From Zancudomyces culisetae HAW-14-8 (lineage: Eukaryota; Fungi; Kickxellomycota): a DNA stretch of 64,000 bases. The notes under the pieces were generated by a model. It did no database searches, was not told where the DNA came from, and was given only the letters and a program-made list of their open reading frames with translations. The first letter of the stretch is position 1; each line of letters starts with the position of its first letter. Of this stretch, positions 34,734 through 47,600 are shown one piece after another. The stretch lies in contig JBNJNM010000021.1 of NCBI GenBank assembly GCA_052426225.1, positions 1,426,001 to 1,490,000 of the forward strand, written 5' to 3'. The translations under genes and the position numbers were made by a program.

Positions 34734-37700
34734 TTATACCTCCTAAGTTTAGTATTTAGCGTGGTTGTAACCTCCGGTATCATATCTTTGTGATGGAAAT
34801 ACCGTTTGAGCATGTCACCATTAACGACCTCATTGTTGCCTTCATTGTCGTGAATTAATATGCACCCTTGGTTAATGCCCTTTCTATGATATAGGGACCT
34901 TCCCAAACCCGCTCTAACTTTGCTCGCTCCATCTCAACAAATTTCAATACCAGGTCACCTTCCTTAAAATGGTACCTCTTCACGTCCTTGTTATACCTCT
35001 TCTCATCAACCCTTTTTGCTAAAACCATATTCTTTACCGCTAACTTCCGAAGTTCGGGTAAATGGTCATTAATTTGTTTAACCCTGCTCAATATATACTC
35101 TTCCTGGTTTTCTATTTCACCATTGTACGACCATGATGATGGTAAGGCCAACTCCACACCGTATAAAAGTTCTGCTGGACTGAAACCCAATGATTTATTT
35201 CTCAACGTACGGATGACCAATAGTGTTTTCCAGAGATACGAGTCCCAATGAGTCTTGTCGTTTCTACACTGCTTCATGAGTATATTCACCAAGGTTTGGT
35301 TCAATCGCTCGACTTGACCATTGGTCTGTGGGCGATATGAAGTTGCAGGGGTATGTTTGATCCCCAACCATTCGTATATCCCTGTAGTACTTTCTGATAA
35401 GAAGCTGGAACCTCTATCACTTATCAGTTGTTGCGGCACACCATAGTGACAGACTACTTCATTGATCAAAAAGTTTATCACCGTCTCACTCAACAGATTC
35501 GGTACTGCACACGCTATGGGCCATTTTGTGCAATAATCTATTGCAGTCAAAATGTATCTGTTTCCACTAGCAGAGATTGGTGCGATAGGTCCTACTGCGT
35601 CTATCCCTACGATGTCAAATGGTTTAGCTGCCACAATTGGGACTAATGGGTGTCGCTTTGACCTTCCACCTTTATACAGCTGACACACTGGGCACGCTTG
35701 TACCATCGCGACTACATCCTTGTATAGATTCCTACCTGTATATTTCTGCGAGACCCGATACCACGTATTCTCGATCCCTTCATGACCTTCGTTATGAATT
35801 GCGGTTATTTTCTCTAAGTATTCCCCTTCGTGTAACACTTCCTTCCAAGTATTTTGAACCCTTCGGTGCAACTTCCCTTCAATAACCCTGAATTGCCTTG
35901 CTTTGTTCCTTAGTCTTTCTCGAAACTTCTCATCCGCCTTCCTTGGATAAGCCTTCGTCGTCAGATACTGCCTTACTGCCTCATATTCCAAAATGTCCAT
36001 TGCGCAAACATCAATCTCTTCCATAATACTAGTGTCTCCTTCCAGGCTCATCCTAGATATTCCATCGGCCGGATTTGTAGCGCCTGGCAGATGTTCAATA
36101 GTGAAGTCATAGCTGCGTAACAGCATCGCCCAGCGAGCTACACGGCCTGTGATGTCGGGACTGTCAAACATTTGTAACAAGGATTTGTGATCAGTACGTA
36201 TCCTAAATTTCCTACCGTACACGTAATACTTAAATTTATTGATTGACCACACTACCGCGAGCGCTTCTAAATGGCTTATTGAGTAATTTTTCTCTGCCTT
36301 ATTGGTACTTCTGCTCGCATATTCTATTACCATCTCCCTGTCCTCTATAAACTGTGATAATACCGCTCCTATTCCCGTGATCGAGGCATCCGTCGTTATT
36401 ACGAACTCCAATTCCCAGTTAGGATGTCCTAGCACTGGCGCCGTTGACATAAGCTCCTTAATCTTTTCCAATGCTTCTTGTTGCACACTATCCCAATTCC
36501 ATTTCACTTCTTTCCTCAATAAAGATGTTAGGGGGCTAGTTATCTTTGCGTAATTGGGGATATACTTTCGGTAATATCCCGTCATACCCAACAGCGACTG
36601 TAGTTCCTTTACACTTTTTGGACTCTTAATCTCCTTGATGGCGGCAATTTTGTTGGGGCTCGTCCCAATGCCTTTTTCCGATATCACATGACCCAGATAC
36701 TCCAGTTCCCTAAAACCTATTACGCACTTGTTTTTATGGAGTTGAATCTGTCCTTTTCTTAATAACTCCAATACTGACTGTAGATCCTTGACGTGGTCCT
36801 CCATGTTCCTTGAGTATACTATAATATCATCGATGAAAACCACGGCACACTTCCATAGCACTGGACTTAAGACTCTTTCCATCGTTCTCTGAAACGTCGC
36901 CGGGCTATTAGTGAGCTCGAACGGCATAACGTTATATTCAAATGATCCTCCTCCCGGGATCGCAAACGCTGTCTTTGGCCTATCCTCGTCGCGCATCTTT
37001 ATCTGCCAGAACCCACTCAACGCATCGAGTGAGCTAAATACCACTGCACCCGATAGCGCCATGAATAGGTCCTCAATAACCGGCAGCGGATACGCGTCTT
37101 TACATGTTGCCGAATTTAGTTTACGGTAATCCGCGCAAACTCTTAATTTTCCGTCTTTCTTGAAAACTACCACCACTGGCGAACACCACTCTGAGGTGCT
37201 TGGTGATATGATTCCCTTTTCCTGCATACCTTGCAATTCCTTTGTTACTTGTTCTTGTAATCGGAATGGTATCCGATATGGTCTTTGCTTGATCGGGGTA
37301 GCATCTTTTAATACTATCCGATGCTCCGCGACGTCCGTTTGCTTGAGTTCTGTTATTTCTTCCACAAACAGAGATTCATACCCCTTTAACATCTCCTGTA
37401 ACTCCTGGCTATGCTGTTCTGGTACTCCTACTGGACCCTGTTTCAATACTAGGTACAACTCCGCTTCCTCTGCTTCACTAGGGCCTGTACTTGCAACATC
37501 CAGCTTTGTGCTTATCTCCGCCCCTTCCACCGGTATCCTCAACTCTGGATTTTCATGTTTACGAGCACCTTAAAGCGTAGCAACCAGTCGGTTCCCAGTA
37601 TTAGTGTGTAATCTTCTCTTGGTATCACTACCAGATTTACTGGTAACAAAGCACCCGCTATCTTCAAAGGCACTTCATCGACATGCCCTAGTGTTGTATG

Positions 37701-39460
37701 CCTTTTGCCATCTGCGGTAACTAACACTGTGTTACTACTAGATGACGGTTCTAACCCCCAATCCTCCAAATACCTCGTAGAGACAACGGAGCAGGCGGCT
37801 CCGGTGTCTACCACAGCCCATATTCTATGCCCAAATATGTTTACTACCGCCTTGCAATTCGAAACTTTCGTCTCACTTATCCTGATCTCATTTACTTCTG
37901 CGTGCTTATCTCTTTGTAAATATGCTGTCAATTCCTTTGTAATTGTTGGAGATCCTTCTAAAAGCTGAAGTACGTCTATTTTTGGATATATCCTACGGAA
38001 TTCATCAATTATGGAGAACGGTTTGCTCGAATATTTCCCTACGGCTTCTTTCCTCTTCTCAATAGTCAAAGTCTCTGAGTTTGACGTGTTTACCCTAGCC
38101 TCCATAATGCTTGGGTCCTCTGCCTCAATTACTGTTGTAGATTCATTATCCCTTACTGGTTCCAGTGTACCTTTGTTACCTCTAGCTCTAGTGACTCTTC
38201 TATCTACCTCTCCCCCCTGCATTGTCTGGTATTTCCTTTTCTCAACTGCAAATATGTCCTGTTCATTATCGTCCTCGTCCTTTATTGACATTTCCTCAAC
38301 TTCAATAAAGTTGACTGGCTTAGCTGAATTTTCTCTGATTGACTCTTTGCCTCTGAATTGTGTCCTTTTTGGACACTCAAATTTTCTGTGCCCTACTTCC
38401 TGACAGTAGTAGCACTCCCATGCTGCGTCTGTTCTACGCTTGAATCTCTTGTTTTCTTCCTCTTTGAACCTCTTCTCTACCACTTCGTCGACCTTGCTAA
38501 GCAAGTTTACACTTAGCTCCTCAAACCTTTTTAGGAAAGTACCATACTGCAATGGTCCCGTGTTTAATTCCTTTACTGGCTTACCCGATTTGGTAGCTGC
38601 ATTCCTAACGTACTCCTTGGGCTTGCTACTGCTTGTCTTATCTTCTGCTGGTTTTGGTGGGGCTTCATCCTCTTTGTCAGTGCATGCTATATAGGAGGTA
38701 ACCTCATCCCACTTGGTGAATCCTTTTTCTTCTACCCGCTTCTTATAACTTGATTTGAGTGAACTTATCAGCCAGTTCACTTTTACTTCATCATCTGTGA
38801 TATTTGCTTGAGTTAACAGACTATTGAGCTCCAGCTCCAACTCTTCTATACTTTCATAATCCTCCTGTTTTATTGACTTCAATTTATCCCATACTCTGAA
38901 TTTTGAATCCGTACTGCCAAACTTCTCTACGAACTTTGTTGTGAGTACTTCCCAGGTGGTAAATGAATCTTTATTTTTCTTATACCACCACCTTTCTTTT
39001 TTTCCAAGATAGAGTTTCAGTAACTCTACCCAATCTTTACTCTGCCAATTGTTTATCTTGGCGTACAGTCCAAAATCCTCGATCCACTCTTGTGGATCGC
39101 TACCGTTGCCCGATTCAAATACTCTAATATCCTTCATATTGTTGCTGAACAAATTTTACCACTAGTTGAATCCTACCTTAATTTGGTCGTGAAACTGATT
39201 TTAGTCCCACCGTGATCGCCACTGTTATATAAAACTTTAACTCTATATTATTATATATAGATTTCACACATATATAACTTTTACCCTACACTGTTATAAG
39301 TAATATAGCTCAAGGTATTATAATTTATGTTAGAAAAATCAAATCCTCCCTTTAGATTCAATATTCAAAAACTATTTATATTATTTAGAAATCGAAATAA
39401 TAACCAAACTATAAATTTATCCAATCAGAGCAATGTCGTATTATCCACTATACGACAATA

Positions 39461-42400
39461 TGTCATATAGCAAATTGACATTTGATTCGTAAATGGTTAC
39501 GTTCCGAAATGCATTAGTTTTTTTTATCCTAGTGATTTTTTCTAATATCATTTCGTTTTTAAATATAATTTTTTAGTAGTATCTTATATAAGAGTTTTTT
39601 AGTTAGTTTTTTATAAATGTTACACAATAAATAGTTAATTTAGGAAAAAAGATATACAACTTAGGTCTGAAATAGAACATAGTAATATTTAAAAATAGAA
39701 TAACATAGTTTTATATTTAGCATAGTAGTATTAAATATAAGAGATACTAGCATAAAAACGTTAGTATCTGACAGTGGCGATCACGGTGGGACCTATAAGT
39801 CCTTCAGATTATTTTCATTTAAGGATTCGACTAGGAAATAATAATTCTATTATAGAGAGATAAAGAAAATGGTTATAACATCACCAAAGCAATTTGAATC
39901 TGGAAAAGGGATAGATCCAGCAGAGTGGATTGAGGACTTCAAACTGGTCGCAAAGTTGAATAGTTGGCCGGAAGATGACCTTATTGACCTTGTGAAGTTA
40001 TTTTTAGGGAACAAGGAAAAGATATGGTTCAAGAAGAACAAAGTAAAATTTACCAGCTGGGAGGAATTAAGCAAAAGATTCAAAGAAAAATATGGTACTA
40101 CAGATTCAAAGGAGAAAATTTGGAATCGGTTGCGATCGATTAAACAGTCTGAATTTGATAGTATAGAAGAACTTGAAGTGGAGTTGAATCATTTACTAAA
40201 TAAAGCTAACATCAAAGATATTGGGAACAGATTCGATTTTTTAGTTAGTACACTTAGAGTAGGATTTAAAGAGAAAGTTGAAGAAAACAGCATAACTGAG
40301 TGGGATAAATTAATTGAATTAATCACAAAGGTTGAGGATGGCTCAGTGGTAAGTCCAAAGAAAGGGGATCACAAGGATTCTAAAGTTCAAGCGAAGGATT
40401 ATACCACGAACGCTGCATCAAAAGGGAAAAGTGTTAAGGAAATTGCAAAAAACTCAGTAGCGTACAGTGACATGATGAAAAGATTCGAGGAAATGAGTGT
40501 GAGTCTGATCACAAAAGTAGAGCAAGTAGTTGATCAAAAACTTAAGGAAGCGGCTACAAGTAATAGAAGAGTACAGCCCTTTGTGGTAAAATGTTATTCG
40601 TGTAATGAAATAGGCCATCGTAAGTATGAGTGTCCGAAGATAAAAGAAAGCGGTTCAAGCGATGGTAGCAAGGTAGACATTCAAAAGAACATAAATTATA
40701 TTGAGGTAATTGAGAACCATAGTGCAGTGGAAGACGATGCACAGGTGTATGCAATTGATAAAAGAAAGCACAGTGACATAGCCAGTGGAGCAACAGAACA
40801 ACGCCCTACTAAGTACAGGACCGCACGCACTAGGGGAGTCCACTCTACACCGGAAGAGACCAGTGGTGTGGCCCATCCGACAGCGGAAGTTGGGGATGAA
40901 TCGCTGGGAGATGAGAATAGGCTAGAATCAAACATTTCAAGAGGTAAAAACTACCAGCTGTTGAAAGGCACCAACAAGACCTTCTCCATTATCGAAGAGT
41001 TGCGCAAGGTCTACCCAAAAATTGATGCTTTACAGTTAATTGAGAATGCCCCAATATACTCAGAAGAGTTGAAGAGCTTCCTCAAAAAGGACAAGATTAT
41101 GGAACTAAACGAAATACAAGTTCAAGAAAGAAAAACATCTAATTGCTGAATAATGGTGCAAGTATTCGGACAAAAATTGTGGGCAGTGGTGGATACAAGG
41201 GCGGCTTGCTCCGTTGTTACTTACAACCTAATGGAGGGTTGGGGATTGGACATGGATAGTAAAAGTGGGCTAACATTAGTGACGGCGGATGGGAAGAGGC
41301 ATAACACCCTAGAAAGGTTGTCACAGGTGCCGTTAATGATTGCAAGCTTCATATTACCAGTAAATCTGATCGTTATGTCCAGAAATGACGATACTCTTAT
41401 CCTAGGAACCGATTGGTTACTACAACATAAGGCTTCGTTGAATCTTAAAGTACCTGAACTAAGGATACCAATCGAAAACGTGGAAGTAGTTACAAGGCTA
41501 GAAACATCCGCAGATTTGAATATGGAAGATGAAAAAGCTGAACTGTACGCTATCTTAAAGCAAGGACCAGTAGGAAGAGGATCGTGCCTGGAGGTGGAGC
41601 TTGAAAGTGTAATCCATAAGTATAACAACATCTTTGTTAGCGACCTTTCCGAGCTCACTCAAACTAGCGTGATAGAACATCGTATCCAGGTAAAAGATGA
41701 GACACCTATCAAGCTCAGGCCTTACCGGATACCGCATAGGCAGCAAGAGCAGGTATTGCATGAATTAAAGGAAATGGAAAAACAGGGAATTATTTCACCG
41801 ACAACTTCTGAATGGTGCGCTCCAGTGGTGATAGTCCATAAGAAAAACGGAAAGATACGCGTCTGCGCCGACTACCGGAGGCTCAATGAGGTGACAAGAA
41901 AGGATAGTTATCCGCTCCCTGTTATCGCAGATCTGTTCATGGCTTTGTCTGGCGCGGTTGTGTTTAGCTGCCTTGACGCCATGAGCGGATTTTGGCAGAT
42001 CCGTATGCATAGCGCCGACAAAGCAAAAACAGCCTTTGCCATCCCAGGGAGTGGCGCTTTTGAATATAACGTCATGCCGTTTGGACTAACGAATAGTCCG
42101 GCGACGTTCCAACGCGCAATGGAAAAAGTACTACAACCTCTGTTATGGAAGTGTGCCGTAGTTTTTGTGGACGATATTATCGTCTTCTCGAAAGAAATCA
42201 ATAAGCATGCGGAAGATTTGGATAAGGTTTTAGCATTATTAGAAAAGAATCAAATACAGCTCCACCGGGATAAATGCGTTATAGGATTTACAGAACTCGA
42301 ATATCTAGGGCACACAATATCCGCCAAGGGGATAGGAACCAGCCCAAAGAAAGTGGAAGCTATAAACAATATAAAGGCTCCGACGTGCGTTAAGGAATTG

Positions 42401-44630
42401 CAATCGGCATTAGGGATGACTGGATATTACAGGAAATATATTCCTAACTATTCTCGGGTCACCAGTCCCTTAACGCAACTACTGAAGAAGTCTGTAAAAT
42501 GGGAATGGGGTGGCGAGCAGGAAGATGCGCTTAGACAATTGAAGGTATTGATGTCTTCTGCACCGGTATTAGGTCATCCAGACTGGACCGTCGAGTTTGT
42601 GATCACCACGGACGCATCAGCAATAGGAATAGGAGGTGTGTTATCTCAGATTACCAGCGAAGGTGAGAAAATAATAGAGTATGCAAGCCGAACCACCACT
42701 CCAGCAGAAAAAAACTACTCCATAAGCCATTTGGAAGGCTTGGCCGTGGTTTGGTCAGTTAAAAAGTTCAAATTCTACGTATGGGGTAGAAAGTTCAGAA
42801 TCAGAACCGACCACAAGTCGTTAATCCAATTGTTCAATAGCCCAGATATAACAGGTCGTGTTGCACGCTGGGCTATGGTCCTACGTAGTTTTGATTATAC
42901 CATAGAGCATTTACCCGGAATTATCAACCCAGCCGATGCTCTGTCTCGACTAGTTACTGAGAATGAGAATGAACAGGATGATGTAGAGCTCGACGTGTTT
43001 GCCATGGAAATTTTAGAATACGAAGATATAAAACAGTACCTTACGGAAAAGAAGTTACCAGACAATATAGATGTGGAGTTCAAAGAAAGGCTAAAGAGAA
43101 GATCTAAACTATATAAAATCGATAAGGGTAAACTAATGAAAGAAGTAAAAGGATGTTTGAAAGAGGTTTTGCATCGAGGAAATTTCCGCCAAGTAGTTGA
43201 GTCAATACACAACGAAGGGCACGAAGGCATAGAAAACACCTGGTTGCGTGTATCACAGAGGTATACCAGTAGGAATATATATAGAGAGGTCAAGGAAATC
43301 GTAAAGTGTTGCCCGGTATGCCAATTATACAAGGGTAGTAAAAGTAAAAGGCATCCACTGGTTCCAATAGTTACGACGAAACCTTTCCAGATAGTCGGAA
43401 TTGACGCAATCGGGCCAATAGCACCGATTTCCGCTAGTGGAAACAGGTTCATCTTGACGGCTATAGACCTGTTCACGAAATGGCCTATTGCATTAGCTGT
43501 ACCCAATATACAAAGTAACACCGTAATAAATTTCCTTATAAATGAGGTCATAGCACCATTTGGAGTACCTCAACAACTGATTAGTGACCGTGGGTCCAGC
43601 TTCCTATCTGAATGTGCGACTCAAGTGTACGAGTGGTTGGGTATACACCACACTCCCACGACCTCGTACAGGCCTCAGAGTAATGGTCAGACGGAACGAC
43701 TGAACCAAACTCTCATGAATGTATTGATTAAGCAATGTCGGAATGATAAACAGAAGTGGGATGCCTACCTATGGAAAACTCTACTGGTAATACGAACTTT
43801 GAGAAATAAATCGATTGGATACAGTCCGGCGGAGATGCTGTATGGCGTTGAGCTTTCACTACCCACTACATGGAAGTACAATGGAGAAATTGAAAACGTA
43901 GAGGAATTGATTTTAAGCAGGGTGAAACAGATAAATGACGACTTACCTGTGTTGAGAAATCTGGCTCATAAGAGTTCTATCGAAGCCAAAAGTTCACAGG
44001 CAACAAGGTATAACAAGGGTGTCACGTACCATAGGTTTGAGGTAGGTGAGAAGGTTCTTAAGTTGGTAGACATGGAGAGGTCAAAACTCGAACATTATTG
44101 GGAAGGCCCCTACACGGTTGAAAGAGCTTTAAGCAAGGGTGCGTATGTTATAAGTGATCAAGAAGGTAACAGAGAATTAGCTCATGGAGATATGCTTAAG
44201 AAGTACCACACCAGCAACTATATGATTCCGGATGTAACAACGACACTGAAGACTAAGTTGAAGCGATTTAAGCAGTCCCGGCGGAATGAGGGCATCCGCG
44301 CTTAAAAGGGGGGAGCTGTCATATAGCAAATTGACAATTGATTCGTAACTGGTTACGAATCCGAAATGCATTAGTTTTTTTTATCCTAGTGATTTTTTCT
44401 AATAACATTTCGTTTTTAAATATAATTTTTTAGTAGTATCTTATATAAGAGTTTTTTAGTTAGTTTTTTATAAATGTTACACAATAAATAGTTAATTTAG
44501 GAAAAAAGATATACAACTTAGGTCTGAAATAGAACATAGTAATATTTAAAAATAGAATAACATAGTTTTATATTTAGCATAGTAGTATTAAATATAAGAG
44601 ATACTAGCATAAAAACGTTAGTATCTGACA
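39461..44630 (+). mobile_element. Ty3/Gypsy element, family E copy 1
   Basis: LTRs at 39461-39773 and 44317-44630. PBS TGGCGATCACGGTGGGA at 39775, the same as family I. PPT AAAAGGGGGGAG. TSD AATA at 39457-39460 and 44631-44634. Confidence 0.95.
39869..44305 (+). pseudogene. gag-pol of element E copy 1, in-frame nonsense codon
   Basis: TGA at 41147-41149 falls where the sister families have Lys (SNC*IM vs SNCKAV, SSCKIE). The protease motif is DTRA instead of DTGA. The rest is open to 44305. Confidence 0.85.
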
Positions 44631-44637
44631 AATAAAA

Positions 44638-47600
44638 TGTCATATAGAAATGGATGGATTACCCCTTGTCAGAAATTGGTTAGGTAATTTATTAATGAGT
44701 CATAGTATTATTATTATTAATATTATTATTATTATTATTATTATTATTATCATTTTATTGGGAAGATTGGACTTTTCTCCCTAGGAGGGTTTTTTCCTAC
44801 TTCCTTGATAACAAGTTCGTGTTATCATTACTTTTATATAGGAGTTTGGATTTCTAGTTTTAAGAAAAAGATTATTATCAATTTTTATTAAGTATATCAT
44901 AAAAAATAAACTACAATAGTAAAATATAACAAGTGTCTACACAAAACTCAGTTATTAACATAAACGGTGAGCTTAAACACTATCCGTGAAGGAAGTAACT
45001 AGTGTATTGACACTGTGCACCCATAACGGGTAATATAATATAAATTTTAAATATTACAATTGGCGCTCCCAGCTAAGCGCAACGCCAGTGGGCTACAGAT
45101 AACAGTTATAGAAAATACTAATAGTTGAGGTCAAATTTAGTTAAAAGATAAGCCGGAAAAAGATAAGAAATGAAGGTGCCAGAGACGTTTGATTGTACCA
45201 GTGGTATGGACCCAAAGGAATGGGTAGGAAAATACAGGATAATTGCAAAACTTAACAAGTGGGATGAAGATGACTGGATCGATTTCGTACAACTACACTT
45301 GGGTAAGCGAGAGCTGGTTTGGTACAAGAGAAACACTCTCAAGTTCACTTCGTGGGAAGAATTTACTAAACAGTTTATTACCAAATTTGGACCAAAAGAC
45401 CAAAGTTTAAAATACTTGGAGCAGTTGAAAACAATTAGTCAAGATGAATTCGAAACTATTGAGGAGTTAGAATACGAGCTAGAGGAACTGCTAACAAAGT
45501 CAAAAATCACTGAAGAGAAGCAAAAGCTTAACTGGTTGCTTAGCGCGTTAACTACAGAGAATAGAATAAGAGTAAGGGATGCAGGAGTTGAAAGCTGGAC
45601 AGAGATTGTTGAACTAATAAGTAAAGATGAACAACAATTAGCTATACAGCGAAAGCCAAGTGCTATTGAAAAAGAAAACAATAAAAAACAAACTAAACCA
45701 CGCATTCAGCTTCCGCATTCGGGCAGGCCGATTAAGGATATGGCCCAGGAAAAGTTAGGTTACGGAGAAATGGTTAAGAAGATGGAGGAGTGGAGTTTGA
45801 ATCTCCTCACCAAGGTTGACGAGTTGATGGAAAACAAGCTCCGGGAGCATCGTAGACCCAGACCACAGTCATACACCAGGGGTCCCATCAAGTGTTTTAA
45901 GTGTGGGGTCGAAGGACACAAAGTACCAGATTGTCCAGAGCAGAGTAAAGTACAAGATACCAGTGTAAATTTTATTGAACTTTCTACTGGTAACGAGGAA
46001 GACACCGACGTATTTGCAGTACAGAGAGGTATACATCCAAGGGGAGTACAAAAACCATATGACTTTAGTAATAAGAAGATGACTCCAATTACTACCCATA
46101 CAAGGATGTCACAACGCAACATGGATGAAGTGCGAGCAGAAATGGAGGTAGAGCCACCAGCTAAACCTCAAGTGGTTGGAACAGCGAAAGATCATGCAAC
46201 AAAAGAGGAGCCACCAAAAAGCAGAAATAAGTTGATACCAAAGATTACAGAAGGTATAGAACCATTTAGCTTAGTGGAGGACCTGAAGAGTTACTACCCT
46301 CATATAAGCCTACCCCAACTGATACAGGCTGCTCCACAATTAACACATGATATGAGTCAACTAGCAAAAAAGGTAAAAAAAGATGAGATAAACGAGATAC
46401 GCCTGAATCCATCTAAGACATCCAGTTGCAAAATTGAGATCACCATATTTGGAAGGAGAATGTGGGCAGTTGTAGATACAGGGGCCGCGTGCTCTGTAGC
46501 TACTCCAAACTTAGTATATGGATGGGGTCTAATCACGGAGCAGTCGGATGGACAAGTGATAGTCACAGCGGACGGCCGAAGGCATGCACCTCGGGGGATA
46601 ATTAGAGATGTACCGGTGCAAATAGGAAAGTATATCTTCGCTACTGACATTACTATCATGGAAAGAACTGACGATATTCTCATATTAGGAACGGATTGGC
46701 TTTTAGCCCACAAAACGAAACTAGATATGCAGAAAGGTGAACTAGCACTACCAGTAGGAAAACAATTATTGCTAGCACCCCTTTACACTCGCGTAGCAGC
46801 AGAAGGAGCAGATTCAGATGAAGCGGAAGTATATTTAGTGATCAGTGAACGTCAAGATGAGGGAACAGAGGAGGTAGCTATGGACCCGCGGGTCACGGAA
46901 CTGATAGAGGAAAACAAAGAACTATTCATTGAGGATGTAGAACAGCTCACCCAGACGAATGTTACTCAACATCGTATCGAGCTAACACAGGATACTCCCA
47001 TCCGACAACGTCCATACCGCATACCATTCCACTTATATGAAAAGGTCCGTACTGAGCTAGAGATTATGGAGAAGAATGGCGTTATTGCGCCCTGCACATC
47101 GGAGTGGTGCTCACCCGTTGTAGCAGTCTGGAAAAAGAACGGTAAGCTCCGAATCTGTGCGGACTACCGCAAACTGAACCAAGTCACCCGGAAGGATTCC
47201 TATCCTCTCCCCACCATAGATGACATTTTTATGGCATTAGCTGGTGCCACCATATTTAGCTCGTTTGACGCCTTAAGTGGGTATTGGCAGATACCCATGG
47301 CGCTGGAAGATCGCGATAAAACTGCCTTCGCAATTCCTGGAAGTGGGACGTACTGCTATAACGTGATGCCGTTTGGGCTCACGAATAGCCCAGCCTCCTT
47401 CCAGCGAATGATGGAAAAAGCTCTCGCACCTGTGCTCTGGAAGACTACGGTCGTCTTCATAGATGATATTGTGGTATACTCGACGTCTTTTGAACAACAT
47501 CTAGTCGATGTTCGTGAGGTCTTACAGCTACTTAAAACTAACAATATACAACTTCACAAGAATAAATGTAGTTTAGCCGTAAATTCGTTAACATACTTAG

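Larger units (their letters stand above)
33815..39152 (-). pseudogene. gag-pol of element I copy 1
   Basis: All domains are present. There are frameshifts near 37545 (MKIQS* where MKIPELRIP is expected) and 34858 (GAY*), MPFEL in place of MPFGL, and the J insertion splits KLRRY|KQYNRDEGIHI*. Confidence 0.88.
33565..39457 (-). mobile_element. Ty3/Gypsy element, family I copy 1 (defective, with nested chromovirus solo LTR)
   Basis: LTRs at 39223-39457 (5') and 33565-33799 (3'). PBS TGGCGATCACGGTGGGA. PPT is a G7 run. Confidence 0.93.

Noticed and set aside
34667-34906. 79-aa ORF (and its copy at 56596-56835) as a separate gene
   Set aside because: It is the frameshifted integrase tail of element I running into the J LTR.
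41147-41149. Programmed stop-codon readthrough between gag and pol of family E
   Set aside because: The stop sits at a Lys position of the sister families, next to a second lesion (DTRA). Its presence in both copies is explained by the segmental duplication.
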